This document shows, in pieces, positions 60,198 to 64,000 of a DNA stretch of 64,000 nt. The stretch is from assembly GCF_009914755.1 (NCBI RefSeq), contig NC_060930.1. The stretch is one strand, 5' to 3'. The notes below the pieces were generated by a model, which searched no databases, was not told the DNA's origin, and saw only the letters and a program-made list of their open reading frames with translations. Source of the stretch: the human T2T-CHM13v2.0 reference genome, Homo sapiens. The position numbers and the translations under genes are program-made. Positions within the stretch are counted from its first letter, which is position 1. Every line of letters begins with the position of its first letter.

Positions 60198-62238
60198 CTA
60201 TAGCACATCCTCCACCAACTTTAGTTTCATTTCTTTGAAGTGGTCTGAGACCTTGTGATATAATCTAGTTCCAATCTTTTATGATTACTTTGCCTACCAA
60301 ATTGTTGAGCATTTTTTGGTGATAGTTTATCTGAGTCTTCCTAAGTATTAAGTTAGTTTTCATAGAAGCTATTCTCTTTTCACACTCATTTAATTGGTTT
60401 GCAGAAAAATTATATATATATAATTGGAGTAATAACTACAACTGACATAATCAGGTTTGGGAACAGATGTGACCAACACCTACAACTCTTCTGGAAAAAC
60501 AAGCTGCAAAGTTACTAGAGTAGCTTCCTAGGCAGAAGTATCAGTATGTGTGCTGCAGGTATCACTTAGAGGAGGGGGAGAGTGTAGATAAAGAGAATTC
60601 CTGCCTTACTGACTTGTGAGCCCAAAACACAATCAAATGACTTCAATGGCTTTAGCATCCTTAAGCCAGGCTCACAAATTCAAATTCTTAGAGGTTTTAG
60701 GGATGTGGTGAACTGGGGAATGCATGATTCATCTAAAGAAGGCTTCTAGAACTCAGCTTCAGCCTATGGTTGACATTTGAGAATACAGGCTTGGTGTTGC
60801 CTTTTATCCTGAGTTTGCTTTTTGTTTTCTGTTTTTTCAAACCAGGATAAAATGATAAGATTGTGGGATTTGTGTTAAAATAATTGAGTAGTTAGAGGGT
60901 GGACGGGGATAGGAATGGGTGGGGAGTATAGATAAAGTTGTCCATGAATGGATAATTGTTGAAGCTGGATGATGGATACATGGATGTTCATTATACTCTT
61001 CTTTACTATTCTTGTGTATGTTTGAACATTTCCATAATAAAAAGTTTAAAAGAAAAAAGGAATCTAGACTTTTGTATGAAATCCCAATGTTGTCAACTGA
61101 TTCAAAGTAAATTCACTATGGAGACTAAAGAAAACGAGTTTCCAGTTTTTAGTCTTTGGTCTATGTCCATCCATTTCCTCTAAGAAATTCTTCAATATAG
61201 GTTAAGCATGGGCTTTTATGTCGTATTTAGAAGTTAGTAGTATTCTCTGTTCCTGTTTAAATTGGTCTTAAATTCTGTACCTGTTGGATTTTGTGTCTTT
61301 GCATATTCTTGTGTTTCACCATTTGTGATAAGGCTATATTCAAGTTTGAATATGGTTTTCTCTTGAACCCTTTGCTGCAAACCTTTAATCAAAATTATTT
61401 AGTTAAAAATAAATTGGTAAGATTTGATATTTAAAAAGAATATAGATAACGTGAAATTATGTGGCGTAATAGTAAAATTAATATCCATGAACCCACCACC
61501 CAGCTGAGAAGTAGAACATTATCAATTCCATTGAAACTACCTGTGTTCCTCCCCTACCCCTCTGCCTGCCCTCCCCTCCCTGGCTCATTTATTTGGCTGG
61601 TTTATTGATGGGACACTTAAAAAAATTCATTAATAGTTTCTGAAATGCATTAGAAAAATCAGATTTTTGTGTGCGCTAATTGTTATAAATCACGTTATTG
61701 CCTATTATTTTTCTTGACTTGAGCTAAGTATGGTTACTAACAGGTTCTCAGCATGGGCCTCCTGCTCACCTTTCCTACAACTCCGAACAAACGCTTAGTG
61801 GTAAGATTGTCCTCTGTGCCTGTGTACATTCATGAAATAGCTCCTGGTTATATGGTGGATAACACTGATTAAAAGAGCTGACTGAAAAACATGTGACTTA
61901 GTTGTGAATTTCCCTGAGTGAGAAAAAAAGGTCAGTTTAGGGAACTAGTGTCCCTGGCGATTTCTGGAAAGCAGTCTATTAATAGTTTCCCCCTTACTAT
62001 CATTAGATCATGATTCCCATATGGTTCTTGTGTTGACCTTTTTGTTTTTTGTTTGAGAATGTCTAAGTAATTTACAGATGTGATAAATTTGTTGCATTTC
62101 TTCTGTCACGTGTGTCTTTTTTCCAGCATTTTGCAAGGGGGGCTACGTTTTTTGTTTTTAATTGAAGTCCCATCAAACTCTCCCTAAATCGTATTTTCTG
62201 ACTCCCTTTTTCTCCCTCTTCTTTGTTTTGTCCTGCAG

Positions 62239-62363
62239 CTCCTGGAATGAGGCCGCCCATGGGAGGCCATATGCCAATGATGCCTGGGCCCCCAATGATG
62301 AGACCTCCTGCCCGTCCCATGATGGTGCCCACTCGGCCCGGAATGACTCGACCAGACAGATAA
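62239..62363 (+). CDS. SNRPC: SNRPC exon 6, coding part ([41 protein letters not shown])
   Basis: Long polypyrimidine tract + CCTGCAG acceptor; TAA stop at 62361-62363; matches the U1C C-terminus. Confidence 0.98.
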
Positions 62364-62585
62364 GGATAGAGGGGAGGCCTTATTGTATCGGTTTTATATT
62401 ACCTGTTCTGCTTCACCAGGAGATCATGCTGCTGTGATACTGAGTTTTCTAAACAGCATAAGGAAGACTTGCTCCCCTGTCCTATGAAAGAGAATAGTTT
62501 TGGAGGGGAGAAGTGGGACAAAAAAGATGCAGTTTTCCTTTGTATTGGGAAATGTGAAAATAAAATTGTCAACTCTTTCAGTTAA
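62364..62585 (+). other. SNRPC: SNRPC 3' UTR (to proximal polyA site; end approximate)
   Basis: Lies between the stop codon and AATAAA 62559-62564; cleavage inferred about 20 nt downstream. Confidence 0.75.
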
Positions 62586-62630
62586 AAGTGTGTTCCCTTT
62601 TTCCTCCTCTCTGTGTTCTCTGTGTATTAT
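62559..62630 (+). terminator. Polyadenylation signal AATAAA with downstream GU/U-rich element
   Basis: AATAAA at 62559-62564, then GTGTGTTCCCTTTTT...CTGTGTTCTCTGTGT about 25-65 nt downstream. Confidence 0.85.
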
Positions 62631-62810
62631 AAAAGAAATGAAACATTCCAGTTCTGTTTCTCTAGCTCATTATCTCTTCAGCATATCCTCTGCGTGAGAT
62701 TATTTTTTCTTAGCTATATGGTAAATCTCTTTGGGCATCCTCCCTTTATTAGTAAAGTCATCTTGTACAGCACTAAATCTAGCACTTGCAGAGCTTTTGT
62801 TGGTTAAAAT

Positions 62811-62816
62811 AATAAA
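62811..62816 (+). terminator. Possible distal polyadenylation signal
   Basis: Second AATAAA followed by TTGGTTCATTTTT; usage not demonstrable from sequence. Confidence 0.4.
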
Positions 62817-63210
62817 CAGCTTGGTTCATTTTTCACATGAATAACACTTTGTATAGTAAGTGGAAAATTTTAAGTCTTTTATGCTGAAGTAAGGGAAAAT
62901 AGTTCCCATCGTGTGCATGTCAGCCAAGAATGGGAAGAATTGCCTTAACCTCAGCTTCTCCTTTCTCTCAGCTCCCCTCTTTCTTGGGCTCAAATAATCT
63001 GAAAAATTTCTCCTTTTTAAAAAATAACTTTAAGTCCAGGCGTGGTGGCTCACGCCTGTAATCCCAGCAGTTTGGGAGGTCGAGGAGGGCAGATCACCTG
63101 AGGTTGGGAGTTCCAGACCAGCCTGACCAGTGCGGTGAAACCCCATCTCTACTAAAAATACAAAAAATTAGCCAGGCGTGGTGGCACATGCCTGTAATCC
63201 CAGCTACTCA

Positions 63211-63390
<180 letters not shown>

Positions 63391-63393
63391 CTA

Positions 63394-63690
<297 letters not shown>

Positions 63691-64000
63691 TTAGAGATAG
63701 TGTCTCACAATATTGGCCAGGCTATTCTGGAACTCCTGGTTTCAAGCATTCCTCTTGCCTCAGCCTCCTTAAGTGTTGGGATAACAGGCGTGAGCCACTA
63801 CACCTGGCCTGAAAACTTTCTGTAGCATTGGTAAAATTACACAGATTTCTGTGTTACAGAAGGTGCTTTTATTTGTTTATTTTTTGAGATAGGGTCTCAC
63901 TCTATTGTCCAGGTTGGGGTGCAGTGGCTCAGTCATAGCTTACTACAGCTTTGACCTCCTGGGCTCAAGTGATCCTCCTGCCTTGGCCTCCCAAAGTGCT

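Noticed and set aside
62072-62332. Gly/Ile-rich minus-strand ORF
   Set aside because: Antisense shadow of the CCN/ATG-rich SNRPC exon 6.

Overview
Human (primate) genomic DNA, extremely Alu-dense (roughly half the window by eye; most ORFs in the supplied track are Alu artefacts). The only intact protein-coding gene is SNRPC (U1 snRNP protein C; 6p21.31 by recognition), on the + strand: 6 coding exons at 46328-62363 splice to exactly 480 nt / 159 aa, with a CpG-rich ETS/GC-box promoter and AATAAA at 62559. The 46 kb upstream is intergenic. It holds an ATP6V1F processed pseudogene, a full-length RPS10 processed pseudogene, a Y1-RNA pseudogene, a 969-bp solo HERV-K(HML-2) LTR5_Hs, older ERV1/MaLR LTRs, L1/DNA-transposon fragments and a 26-bp minisatellite. 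I found no convincing wholly new biological system. The most interesting observations are: (i) one retrotransposition target site (AAAAAGTCAGG) reused by a Y RNA, an AluY and the RPS10 mRNA; (ii) all five SNRPC donors are intron-side-strong, four lacking -1G; (iii) an LTR5_Hs with an intact OCT/SOX motif about 36 kb from the SNRPC promoter; (iv) a pristine AluYa5 right arm inside an older AluY; (v) candidate NMD-escaping or N-terminal U1C isoforms. Repeat-family names come from recall of consensus sequences, not from alignments.
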